A DNA stretch of 40,243 bases from Welwitschia mirabilis (Eukaryota): positions 7,779,715 to 7,819,957 of the forward strand of contig JBOZIK010000001.1 of NCBI GenBank assembly GCA_051453625.1, read 5' to 3'. This document shows positions 12,712 to 24,673 of the stretch, one piece after another. The notes beneath the pieces were generated by a model. The model saw only the letters and a list, made by a program, of their open reading frames with translations, had not been told where the DNA came from and ran no database searches. A program made the translations under genes and the position numbers. Position 1 is the first letter of the stretch. Every line of letters starts with the position of its first letter.

Positions 12712-12721
12712 CTCTCTCTCT
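12651..12721. repeat. Compound (AC)n(TC)n microsatellite inside the 5' LTR of A
   Basis: (AC)n at 12651-12708 with one interruption, followed by (TC)n running into a gap. Confidence 0.95.
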
Positions 12722-13808
12722 NNNNNNNNNNNNNNNNNNNNNNNNNNNNNNNNNNNNNNNNNNNNNNNNNNNNNNNNNNNNNNNNNNNNNNNNNNNNNNN
12801 NNNNNNNNNNNNNNNNNNNNNNNNNNNNNNNNNNNNNNNNNNNNNNNNNNNNNNNNNNNNNNNNNNNNNNNNNNNNNNNNNNNNNNNNNNNNTTTCAATA
12901 TATCTTTTAAAAGGAACTATCTAGAGAATACATCATTTGATCATTGGATCCTACAAAGCTACCTCACTCTAATTCTTAACACTTATGGTTGATAACAAGA
13001 AGGAAGAACTCAAGCTTTTCATTAAAGACATATCTTTTCATGCTTGGTGTTTTATTTATTATCATTATTTATTTGGATGTAAATAGTTGGACTATTAGAT
13101 TTTCAAATAATCTCATTATAGTCCATTTCTTATTCATTTACTTAAGTGTTCTTTCATATGTACTTGTGAGAATATTTATAATATTGTTTTATTGAATATC
13201 CTTAAGGGAAAGAGNNNNNNNNNNNNNNNNNNNNNNNNNNNNNNNNNNNNNNNNNNNNNNNNNNNNNNNNNNNNNNNNNNNNNNNNNNNNNNNNNNNNNN
13301 NNNNNNNNNNNNNNAAGGAAGAACTCAAGATTTTCATTAAAGAAATATCTTTTCATGCTTGGTGTTTTATTTGTTATCATTATTTATTTGGATATAAATA
13401 GTAGGACTATTATATTTTTAAATACTCTCATTATAGTCCATTTCTTATTCTCTATCATAAGATTCCTTGTAAGGGTTTTCATATTGTAAGTTAACCCTTG
13501 ATTTAGTGTACTTTTATATGTACTTGTGAGCATATTTATAATATTGTTTTATTGAATATCCTTAAGGGGAAGAGAGTGATACCTTAAAAGGAGCATCTCA
13601 TATTGTATGTAAGGTTGGTGATTATCCAAAACCACTATTTTTGTAGGTTAAGCATATCTAGAGGTGTGAAAAGAAGCTACTCTTTAGTACCCAATTTAGG
13701 AAACCACTTTAATAAGGCATTCATTACACAATTTTAATTTGTTTTTAATTAAATTTATTTTTAGTAGACCTTATTCACCCCTCTTCTCTTAGTGCAGCGA
13801 TCCTTGAG

Positions 13809-13820
13809 TGGTATCAAAGC
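13809..13820 (+). other. Primer-binding site (tRNA-iMet) of element A
   Basis: tggtatcaaagc, one mismatch from the canonical TGGTATCAGAGC, immediately after the LTR. Confidence 0.9.
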
Positions 13821-13849
13821 AGATGCTTACAAAAAGGAGTAACATCCTT

Positions 13850-16800
13850 GAGTAAACTATAGAAGGGATGCCATCTATCAGACTTCCACTCTTTGATGAA
13901 ACTAAATATGCCTATTGGAAGATGAGGATGCAGGTGAACTTACAGTCTTATGAGTTTTAGATTTGGGAAAGCATTGAAGATGGATACTCAAAACTTATAG
14001 AAACCACAATAGATGCTAAAAGAAATTCCATTATACNNNNNNNNCTTAAAGGATCTAGAAAGACAAAGAAAAGTAGCCTTCACATATGACTCAAAAGCAA
14101 AAAACGCTCTATACTCAGCCCTTATAATGGAGAAATTTAAGAGAATAACTAGATGTAAAATTGTAAAAGACATATGGAATGTTCTAGTAAGGACATATGA
14201 AAGAACCTTCATTAGAAAGTAATCAAAACTTTTTATGTGGATAAATTAGTTTGAAATTCTCAAGATGAACAACCAAGAAAGAATACATGAATACTTATAA
14301 GAGTCTTCAACATAGTGAATGCTAGACATTGCATTGATGAAAATATTATTAAGACTAAGGTAATCCAAAATATTATTAAATCCTTAACTCCAAAATATAA
14401 TCCTAAGTCAACATCTAGGAAAGAACTAAGATACTTTAACTCAATGAAGATTGAATAATTACAAATTGCTCTAATAGCTTATGAGATGAATCTTATTCAA
14501 TATGCTACTCTAAAAGAGAAGCCTATTGCTCCTAAAGCTAGTAAAAATACAAGGTAGGTTTCAAAAGGAAAAACAAAGGAAGAATTACATGGAGATAATT
14601 CTAAATATGATGTAGATGAAGAACTTTCTCTTATAACAATGCAAGTCAAAACATCTCTTTTAAAAAAGAATAACATAAAGGAGAATTATAAAAAAATCCA
14701 AACTTAAAGCTAGAGGTAAGTTTAAAGGTAACAATTCTAGTAGTTCTTCATTTTCTTTTAAATCTGATATTTCCAAGATAGAATGGTGGGTTTGTAGAGG
14801 ATGAGGACACATAGCCTTGGAATGTCTTACTTCTAACAGATTATAAGAAAAAGAACAAAATAAAGAGCCTAAGAAAAGGAGATATTTCTTAACAGGATGG
14901 GATGNNNNNNNNNNNNNNNNNNNNNNNNNNNNNNNNNNNNNNNNNNNNNNNNNNNNNNNNNNNNNNNNNNNNNNNNNNNNNNNNNNNNNNNNNNNNNNNN
15001 NNNNATACAAGGTAGGTTTCAAAAGTAAAAACAAAGGAAGAATCAAATGGAGATAACTCTGAATATGATGATATGAAGAACTTTCTCTCATAATAATGTG
15101 AGTCAAAACATCTCTTTTAAAAAAGAATAACATAAAGGAGAACTATAAAAAAATCCAAACTTAAAGCTAGAGGTAAGTTCAAAGGTAAGACTTCTAGTAG
15201 TTCTTAATTTTCTTTTAAGTCTGATATTTCCAAGATAGAATGATGGGTTTGTAGAGCATGAGGACACATAGCCTTATAATGTCTTACTTCTAACAGATTG
15301 TGAGAAAATGAACAAAATAAAGAGCCTAAGAAAAAGAGATATTTATTCATAGGATGGAATGATGGCAAGGATGCAACTAAACTAAAAACATGTAATGATG
15401 AAAAATCTCATCCATCCTACATGGCCATTGTACATATCCAAAAGGAAACTGATAGAAAAAAAGACTAATCTGAATTAGACAGTGAAGGTAAAACATTAAT
15501 AAATCTTCAAAATAGATATAATTTAATTTTTGAAGAATGCAAAGTTATAAAAGGTATGTGCTAAAATGAAAATATTACTTCATTCTTGTGAATTAGCATA
15601 TGAACAATAAAAAAGATTATTGCAATAAGGTATCATCTAAAAACTTAGCTTTGAAATCTAAGATTAGTNNNNNNNNNNNNNNNNNNNNNNNNNNNNNNNN
15701 NNNNNNNNNNNNNNNNNNNNNNNNNNNNNNNNNNNNNNNNNNNNNNNNNNNNNNNNNNNNNNNNNNNNNNNNNNNNNNNNNNNNNNNNNNNNNNNNNNNN
15801 NNNNNNNNNNNNNNNNNNNNNNNNNNNNNNNNNNNNNNNNNNNNNNNNNNNNNNNNNNNNNNNNNNNNNNNNNNNNNNNNNNNNNNNNNNNNNNNNNNNN
15901 NNNNNNNNNNNNNNNNNNNNNNNNNNNNNNNNNNNNNNNNNNNNNNNNNNNNNNNNNNNNNNNNNNNNNNNNNNNNNNNNNNNNNNNNNNNNNNNNNNNN
16001 NNNNNNNNNNNTTTTGTGTAGTCTAAACCAAAGAAAATATGAATTCCAAACTCAAAACCAGTACTATTAGCTCAGATTGTACTACAACTAGGAAAGAAAC
16101 AATGGGTGTTCAAGGCATATTCCTAGAGACAAATCCAACTTTAGTACTTTAATAGAGCAAGACAAAGGAGTGGTTACCTTTGCCGATAATACAAAGGAAC
16201 CTATCAGAGGTAGTAGAACCATCAAAGGAGGTAACTTACATAAGGTAAAAGATGTTTTATTTGCAGAAGTGTTACAACATAATTACTTAAGTGTTAGTCA
16301 GTTATGTGATTTAATTAATTTTACCAAATATGATTGTTTTATCAAAGAACATAACTCAACCAAAGTCTTATTTATAGGAANNNNNNNNNNNNNNNNNNNN
16401 NNNNNNNNNNNNNNNNNNNNNNNNNNNNNNNNNNNNNNNNNNNNNNNNNNNNNNNNNNNNNNNNNNNNNNNNNNNNNNNNNNNNNNNNNNNNNNNNNNNN
16501 NNNNNNNNNNNNNNNNNNNNNNNNNNNNNNNNNNNNNNNNNNNNNNNNNNNNNNNNNNNNNNNNNNNNNNNNNNACTTTAATAGAGCAAGAAAAAGGAGT
16601 GGTTACCTTTGCCGATAATATAGAGCACCTATCAGAGGTATTAAAACCATCAAAGGAGGTAACTTACCTAAGGTAAAAGATGTTTTATTTGCAGAAGGGT
16701 TACAACATAATTAGTTTAGTGTTATTCAGTTATGTAATGTAATTACTATAACTAAATATGATTGTTTTATCAAAGAACATAACTCAACCAAAGTCTTATT

Positions 16801-19800
16801 TACAGGAATTAGAAAATCTAACATCTACAATACTACTTTATAAGATATTTCTAATAAGGGAACTAAGTGTCTATTAAGTATTATAGGTGAAATGGAGTTA
16901 TGACATAGGAAGCATGAACACATAAATAAAGATTTGCTAAAAATTTTATTCATAAAAGAAATGGTAAAGGACTTTTAAAGTTGCAAAGTCATGATAATTA
17001 AGTTTATAAGGCATGCTAAAAAAGAAAGTAAATAAGGATAATATTTGGTAAGAAAAATACTATCACAGCTAAATGTCCTTCAAATCTTTTGCATCTTGAT
17101 ATTATCAGTCCATCTCCTACAGAAAATCTTAATATAAAAAACATTATCTAATTTTTGTTGATGATTAATCTTGTTTTACATGTGTAGCCTTCCTTATACA
17201 AAAGGATGAGGCATTTAATGTTTTCTCTAAGTTGTATATTAGGTTTCAAAACCAAAAAGGGTATAAGATCAAGNNNNNNNNNNNNNNNNNNNNNNNNNNN
17301 NNNNNNNNNNNNNNNNNNNNNNNNNNNNNNNNNNNNNNNNNNNNNNNNNNNNNNNNNNNNNNNNNNNNNNNNNGTTTCAAAACCAAAAAGGGTATAAGAT
17401 CAAAATGATAAGAAGCAATAATGTACTAAGTTCAAAAATATAAAGTTTAAATATTTTTGTAAATAATTTGATATTCTTCACCAATCCTCTACACTAAGAA
17501 CTATACAACAAAATGGAGTCACCAAAAGAAAGAATAGAGTTCTAAATGAAAGGATAAGAACAATGATGCAGGATAAACATGTTCCTTATTGTTTTTAATT
17601 AGAAGCCATCAATACTACATGTTACATTTATAATTAAGTTTTGATAAGATGTCTCACTTCAAAAAATTCATATGAACTATGCTATAATAAAAAACTATCT
17701 GTAAGTTATTTTCATATATTTGGGTTAAAATGTTTCATATTAAATGAAAAGAATAAGCTAAGAGAATTTGATTCCAAAGTCGATGATGGTATTTTATTAG
17801 GATATTTTATGGTCAGTAAATCCTATTGAGTGTTCAACAATATAACTCATGTAGTAAAGAAAACCATAAATGTTAAAATAAATGATATTCATTAAAATTC
17901 TATTTATGTAAAAGATGACTATATTCCTATACAGATTGATTACTTATTTAGCTATCTTCAAGTCTAATCAGATAGTGAAGAGGAGAAAGAAGAAGAAATA
18001 GTTAAGGAAAATTCTTNNNNNNNNNNNNNNNNNNNNNNNNNNNNNNNNNNNNNNNNNNNNNNNNNNNNNNNNNNNNNNNNNNNNNNNNNNNNNNNNNNNN
18101 NNNNNNNNNNNNNNNNCTCTACACTAAGAACTCTACAACAAAATAGAGTTACTAAAAGAAAGAATAGAGTTCTAAATGAAAGGACAAGAACAATGATGAA
18201 GGATAAACATGTTCCTTATTGTTTTTGATTATAAGCCATCAACACTGCATGTTACATTTCTAAACAAGTTTGATAAGATTTCTCATTTCAAAAAATTCAT
18301 ATGAACTATGTTCTAGTAAAAAATCATGTGTAAGTTATTTTCATATATTTGGGTTAAAATGTTTCATCTTAAATGAAAAGAATAAGCTAAAAGAATTTGA
18401 TTCTAAAGTCAATGATGGTATTTTATTAGGATATTCCATGGTTAGTAAATCCTATTGAGTGTTCAACAATAGAACTCATGTAGTAGATAAAACCATAAAT
18501 GTTAAAATAAATGATATTGATTCAACTTCTATTTATGTGAAACATGACTATATTCTTATACAGATTGATTACTTGTTTAGCTATCTTCAAGTCCAATCAG
18601 ATAGTAAAGAGGAGAAAGAAGAAGAAACAGATAAGGAAAATTATTTAAACATGATTAGACTAAAGAGAAGTTACTCTACAAGAAACATAATAAGTAGTCC
18701 ATATAATGGTATTCAAGCTCAAAACCATACTAAGGAATTCTATGGATTGTATCTCATAAGTAAAACCCAAAACTTTTAATAAAGCATAAAGTAATGAACA
18801 TTGGATGCTAGAAATACAAGAGGAGCTTAATCAGTTTAAAAGATATGATGTTTGAATACACATTTTAAGACCATCTATTAAACTTGTTATTGATATAAAA
18901 TGGGTTTTTAGAAAAAAATAAAATGAAAATGGTAATATTATTAGAAATAAAACAAGATTAGTACCTAAAGGATATAACCAATAAGAAGGCATAGATTTTA
19001 AAGAAACCTTTACATAAGTAGCATGTATAGAGTTCATAAGAAGGCTTTTAGTATTTGCATATGTTAAAGGATTTAAACTCTACCGAAGGAATGTATAAAG
19101 TGCATTTCTAAATGGAGTAATTCAAGAGGAAGTATACGCTAATCAACTTGAAGGATTTACAAATTATCATAAATCGAACTATGTTTACAAACTTAAAAAA
19201 AACTCTTTTATGATCTCAAGCAAGCACCTAGATCTTGGTACGAGATATTATCAGGTCATCTAATAGAAAGCAAATTCAAAAGAGGTACATTTAATCTTAC
19301 ATTATTTATTAAAAAGGATGGTAAGGACTTTGCTATTGTACAAATCTATGCAGATGTTATTACTTTTGGAGCTACTAATGATTTATTATGTAAGAAGTTT
19401 ACTAAGATTATGTAAGATGAGTTTGAAATGAATCTCATGGAAGAGATGAAAAACTTCTTATAGCTTCAAGTTATGTAACAAAAATAAGGTACATTTATTT
19501 CTCGAACTAAATGTATTAAAAATTTGCTAGTTAAGTATAGCTTAAAGGATTGTAAGGTAAAAAAAAATATTCCAATAAACCAAAGAATAAAACTAAAAAA
19601 AGATGAGCATGATAAGAAGGTTGACTAGAAGCTATATAGAGCTATGATTGGTAGTTTATTATATCTTACTATTAGTAGACCTAATCTTATTTTAAGTTTA
19701 GGGATTTGTGTTTATTATCAAAGTGATCCTAGAGAATCACATCTTACAGTAGTTGAAATTTTCTTTAATTATCTAAAAGATATTATTAATTAGGGCCTTT

Positions 19801-20299
19801 GCTATTTAAAGGACTTCTACCTTGATATAGTTGGATAATATAATGTAGCTTAGGCAGAATGCAACAGTGATAGGATAAGCATAAGTAAACCTACTTCTTG
19901 CTTGGACAATGTCTGGTATCTTGGAGTAGCAAAAAGAAAAACTCAACTACTCTCTTAACTGTTAAAACTAAATACATTGCTATTGGAAGTTATTATGCTC
20001 AATTACTTTGAATGAAGAAAACTTTAAAAGATTTTGGACTATTCTTAAAGAACACTCCCATCTTTTGTGATAATAAAAGTGCTATCAATATTCTGGAAAA
20101 CCTAATTCAACATTTAAGAATTAAACATATTGAGATCAAATATCATTTTTTCAGAGAGCATGTACAAAAAAAAGACATCATGCTGTAATACAATAGTACT
20201 GATGATTAACTTATTGATATCTTTACTAAATTACTAAGTCATGATAGGTTTATTAAATTGTGTAGGAACTTTAGGATTAAGCCTTATCCAATCCAATAA
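13850..20299 (+). pseudogene. gag-pol: gag-pol pseudogene of element A (gag, zinc knuckle, protease, integrase, RT, RNase H)
   Basis: Gag: EGMPSIRLPLFDETKYAYWKMRM (~13862) and knuckle WWVCRG*GHIALEC (~14784). Protease: NGCSRHIPRDKSNF (~16101). Integrase: LHLDIISP, FVDD*SCFT and QQNGVTKRKNRVLNE (17089-17550). RT: WMLEIQEELNQFKRYDV (~18802) and QIYADVITFGATN (19341; YVDD decayed). RNase H: CDNKSAI..KHIEIKYHFFREHV..LIDIFTK (20066-20230). Dozens of stops and frameshifts. Confidence 0.93.
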
Positions 20300-20464
20300 T
20301 TCATTAGGTAATCATTATCAAAATCTCAACTTCATATTATGATATTTTATGAGTTGAGATAATATTCTATANNNNNNNNNNNNNNNNNNNNNNNNNNNNN
20401 NNNNNNNNNNNNNNNNNNNNNNNNNNNNNNNNNNNNNGTCATAGAAATTTTCAAAGTTTTTTAT

Positions 20465-20800
20465 CTTTTAGGTAAGAGGTCTTTCAATGGAAGATGTTTA
20501 TCATGAAGATGTCTTTATTTTTTATAGATGTTTATCAAGTAGATGTCTTTATATTCCACACATCTTTGAAAAGAAAGTATGTTTTGAATTACTTTTCAAA
20601 ATAAACATCTTTGGAAAAGTAGACATATTTATAATATGTAGATACTCTTAAAATTTTTAATAGTAGACTTCTTTGATTGATGTAGATGTCTACTATTATC
20701 ATCTTAGATGTTTTTTAGTTGGTATACATCTTTTAAAAACTATTATGAAAATATAAAATAGCCAAAAAATGAGGGTTTTAACCTTTTTAATTAAAAAAGT
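20465..20800 (+). promoter_or_regulatory. Post-pol copy of the element-A LTR palindrome cluster; putative internal promoter of the extra ORF
   Basis: Repeated aagatgtt / agatgtct / acatcttt motifs, followed by aaaatagcc (20755). The same word follows the cluster in both LTRs (12313, 25338). Confidence 0.55.
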
Positions 20801-21017
20801 GGCCGCCATCCATTATTTTCAATTCTTAACTTAATAGGTGTTCCTCTTAGAACTCCTTTTTAGCTTATTTTACTCATATCTCTTAACATAGATATCTTGG
20901 ATTTAGAAGACACCTTTAAAACAAGTATAACATGTGCTATTTTATCTCATAGGTGCTCTTTTTCATTTATTATATTGCATTCTAGTTATTATTAGTTTAG
21001 TTCTTCCATATATTCTT

Positions 21018-22602
21018 CTGACATCGTAAGGAAAAATCCCTCTAGTACCTCAAAAGGAAAATAACTAGTCATAAAATCACACAGACCATAATTTAAGCCT
21101 TAGTTTTATCATGAGTCTACTACTAAACATTTTCAAACCTATATTAGAAACTCAATCCTTATAGAACATACACTTAGCTTTCAAAAGTAGAGAAACAATT
21201 AGCTTCTACATATTTTTCACATTTGATTGGGATATGGTAGTCTAATTAGACTAGGGAATTCTAGACCACATTGTTAGAAAATTTTATGCTAATATTCATG
21301 AGATAAGTGATTACACTAAGATTTTTCAAATATAAGTACATTGTACTTTCTGATTTCTTACATCCTATGCCTGACATTGATGATTCAGAGCTACCACAGT
21401 TATATGTACATTCTTTCAAAGATATATTTACCTACAACTCTATTAATATTTTACAACATTTGATGAGTAATATGTTTTTTAGGCATTTTAGAAGAATTTT
21501 TATGAGAATATAGAATGCATGAATATAGTACCAGATGCATCTATTTTAAGTTTATTCACATTTTACAACATACATATTTAGGATGACAGCTATAGCTATT
21601 GCAATCCCATGCATACATTTGTTGTTTATTATCTTCTTATAAGGCTAAAAATTGATCTAGGTTTTATTTTAGGTATGAATATTATTATACTTTTTTGGAA
21701 GGTTAAACTTTGGATCACCCTTATTTGGTTAGTTTAATTATCAATAGTGCTAGCATTTTAGTACCATAGACAAATGCCATTCATCCTAAAAAGCCACTTG
21801 CAAAGTTTAGTAAGAAATGAAGAGTACCAATACTTATAGGTAAAAGCATAAGAAAGAGACTATCCAAATAAAAATTTCAACGATATTACTCTACAACATC
21901 TTATAGTTTATCATCTATAAAAAAAGGTTTAAAGGCTATTACAAAGATGGTAGATAAAATTGGACATAATTTATTGAGACTAAAGAAGCATTATTCTATA
22001 GCTAGTGAAGGAGAGGCTCTTATAAGAAGTTGGAAATCCATGATAACTTTCATTTGGACTAATTCTAAGGAGGAATTAGAGGAAGAGGCATCTTTAGCAC
22101 TACATGCTATATGATATTACTTAGATCATGTATTAGATATTGATTTTTTAGATTCCATAGAGGTAGAAGGGAAGCATCAAGCTTTACACAGACTTAGGTA
22201 GAGCAGTAGGGAGAATTAGAAAGCTTTAATATTCATTCCCTCATCTTTTACAGGTCTCATTAAAAACTACCTTTTTGCTATTCTACAGAGCCTCTCTCAC
22301 CCCTCGTCCATCATCGCCATTATAGATTCCATCTCCACCATCACCCTTCATAGAACTAATCCATGTTCCACATCTTAACACAGTTTCAACATTATCTTCC
22401 ACTAATACCACCACTACTAGCTTCTTTGGGACTTTTATTATCCCTCAGACATATTCATGTATGAGGAGATAGGCTTCTTAGGACTTGGGTAAGACATGTC
22501 AGTGGCCATCTATGAAGTGACACACACCTCCATCCACATATTATTTTTCATACATCATTTAGACATCCATCACTAGAAATAATGACTGTAACAGTAACAA
22601 TG
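21018..22602 (+). pseudogene. Extra (env-like) ORF of element A, putative-plant-transposon-protein-like domain, decayed
   Basis: Basic N-terminus (RKNPSSTSKGK), then FDWDMVV and HIVRKFYANIH (21267-21299; cf. LVREFYAN), then HTFVVYYLLIRLKIDLGFILG (~21615-21675). It lies between pol and the PPT, as Sirevirus extra ORFs do. Confidence 0.7.
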
Positions 22603-22702
22603 NNNNNNNNNNNNNNNNNNNNNNNNNNNNNNNNNNNNNNNNNNNNNNNNNNNNNNNNNNNNNNNNNNNNNNNNNNNNNNNNNNNNNNNNNNNNNNNNNN
22701 NN

Positions 22703-23606
22703 AAGTAGAAACTCTAGCTAACATGCAAGAAAAAGTCACAAATAACAGGCAATAACTCAGGAATACATTATGTAAAACTATAAGAAAATAGTATCATCCT
22801 TCTGATCATCTGAGTGATATAGGAGACGATAGGGATTGTCAATGAGTCATCTGCTTAGCTTCTAGTTTAACTGTCTATGATCTACATGTGAAGTATTGTC
22901 AACTGATTCTAGAGATGTCGTCCACTAGTGTCATCTGGATGATGATGAGGACAATAAGGTCTGATAAGAAGATCTTTAGTTTGATTATAAGTTATCTTGA
23001 AAGATGTCTATTTGTTGCTCAATTAGGGTTGTCGTCCTGCCTATTGTATGGAAGATAGAGGGGACAACAATCTTTTCTTCATCCTTTATCATTCTGATAT
23101 CTTGTTATTTGCAGGGATAATCATCTGAAAATACAATTTATCCATATCTACATGAAATGCTCATGAATTATCTTATAAACTATATGTTTTTTTCTTATGC
23201 TTCTTGATTCTTAATTATCATAGTAACTAGGCATTTATCTGTTAGTTTATCTATAAAACAACTCAAGATACCCTATCAAATACATCTAAGTTATCTTAAT
23301 AACAAAGGTTAACCTTGGTGATAGAGACTTGATAGTTAGATAGATACTATATTTAGAGTAGACTTCATTAACATTGCATAGTGTGATTACTTTTCTTGCA
23401 TTGCTCTTTTCATCATTAAATCTAAAAAGAAAAATACAAAAATACATAGCTTAAAATCAATTATCTAGCTTTGAGCCTAGTTCCTTTGATGGATTATGAC
23501 ATTCATGTTAACTCCTATCTATATTAGTGTTTATGTTATGCAAATATTTGTGATTTATAGCATCTAATCAAGGACATAAATAATTATATAAATATGCACT
23601 ATAATA
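22703..23606 (+). mobile_element. Athila-type LTR (solo LTR, or 3' LTR of an element hidden in the gap) inserted in element A, related to element C
   Basis: 23475-23606 (gcctagttcctttgatggattatgacattcatgttaactcctatctatattagtg...aattatataaatatgcactataata) is homologous to the element-C LTR end 33541-33670 (gcctaatgcctttaatggattatgacatttagattgactcccgtctatactagta...aattacataaatttacatcataaca). aaactctagctaacatg (22709) matches 32700. No PBS follows; host sequence resumes at 23607. Confidence 0.8.
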
Positions 23607-23932
23607 AGAAGACACAAACATAAGGGAAGCACTAGACTCTAGCAGAGGCACAAGGGGAGCACCAGGCTCTGGAATAGATAGAGGAGGAGTAGTAAGAAGA
23701 TCTAGAAAATCTGATATTTAACTGCTCATATTTTATAGTCCTTATTAAAAACTACCCATTTTCCATTCTACACAGTCTCCATCACCACTTGCCCATCATC
23801 ACCACCTCACATTCCATCTTTATCACCATATTTTATAGAACCAATCCATGTTTGATCTCTTAACATAGCTCCAACACCATATTTTGCTAATATTATCATT
23901 GCTAGCTTTTTTAGGAATTTTATTAGCACTTC

Positions 23933-23958
23933 TATATATATATATATATATATATATA
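23933..23958. repeat. (TA)13 microsatellite
   Basis: Perfect TA run. Confidence 0.95.
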
Positions 23959-24651
23959 AGTAGATAGGTCTTTTAGAGCCCTAGTGAGTCATCTCACTTG
24001 CCATTTAGGAAGATGCATACACCTTAAACCATATATTCCTCTTCATACATCATTTAGACCTCCATCGTTAGGAATAATGATGATAACAACAATGATGTAG
24101 GTGATGTCACATGATACACTAGTGACTCTACTCTCAATGATTAGCTCCTTTTATATGATATCTAAAAAGGGTAATACTATAGGAAAATCAAATTAGACTT
24201 CCTGTATGAGACATAAAGGATATGATCTTGAGATAGATGGATTAGATTTCCTATGAGTGACATCACTATTAATGACCACTTTTTGATTATTATCATACAT
24301 ATTATATTATTTGTTATTATTTTTACTCTTTTTTGAATACATTTCATGCTATGATATTATCTGTTATCATTTCTATTATTGTTGGTACACTGTTGTTATT
24401 TGCTATTGTTGTCATACATCACATGATTAGTTATGAACTGTAGTTATTTTTTTCTTGAATTTAGTTACTTAATACTTACATGCTTTTCTTATTTGCTATC
24501 CTACATGTTTATGAGTATGATTAATTAATATTTTTAAATGGTTTAAATTTGTATTATGTCTCATCTAATACATTATGTATTCTCTTGGATTAAACTATCT
24601 AAATTTAGTTGATATAATATGATTACATTAGTGAGATTTGTTAAGTTTTAG

Positions 24652-24673
24652 ACATCATAAAAAAGGGGAATAT
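24652..24673 (+). other. Polypurine tract of element A
   Basis: acatcataaaaaaggggaatat directly precedes the TG of the 3' LTR and resembles the Sirevirus CATCA..AAAAGGGGGAGAT|TG terminus. Confidence 0.85.

Larger units (their letters stand above)
11698..13807 (+). repeat. 5' LTR of element A (length inflated by gaps and assembly duplications)
   Basis: tattcgtaaaaatctagttttgatgattccac matches tgttcattaaaatctagttttgatgattccac at 24674, and homology continues to ~12645. It ends just before the PBS, after the tattcacccc signal. The terminal TG has decayed to TA. The upstream 5 bp (candidate TSD) are actat. Confidence 0.85.
22160..24095 (+). repeat. Old ~440-bp direct duplication in the 3' part of the element-A extra-ORF region (22160-22602 vs ~23645-24095)
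   Basis: Colinear shared words such as taaaaactacc, attctaca, attccatct, tagaac.aatccatgtt and catacatcatttagac..ccatc. The copies are clearly more diverged than the gap-flanking duplicates. Confidence 0.8.

Noticed and set aside
12620..12910. ORFs with THTHTH / CVCVCV repeats
   Set aside because: These are translations of the (AC)n microsatellite plus a gap.
17487..18645. Apparent duplicated integrase C-terminal domain in element A
   Set aside because: It flanks a 100-N gap and follows the same artefact pattern.
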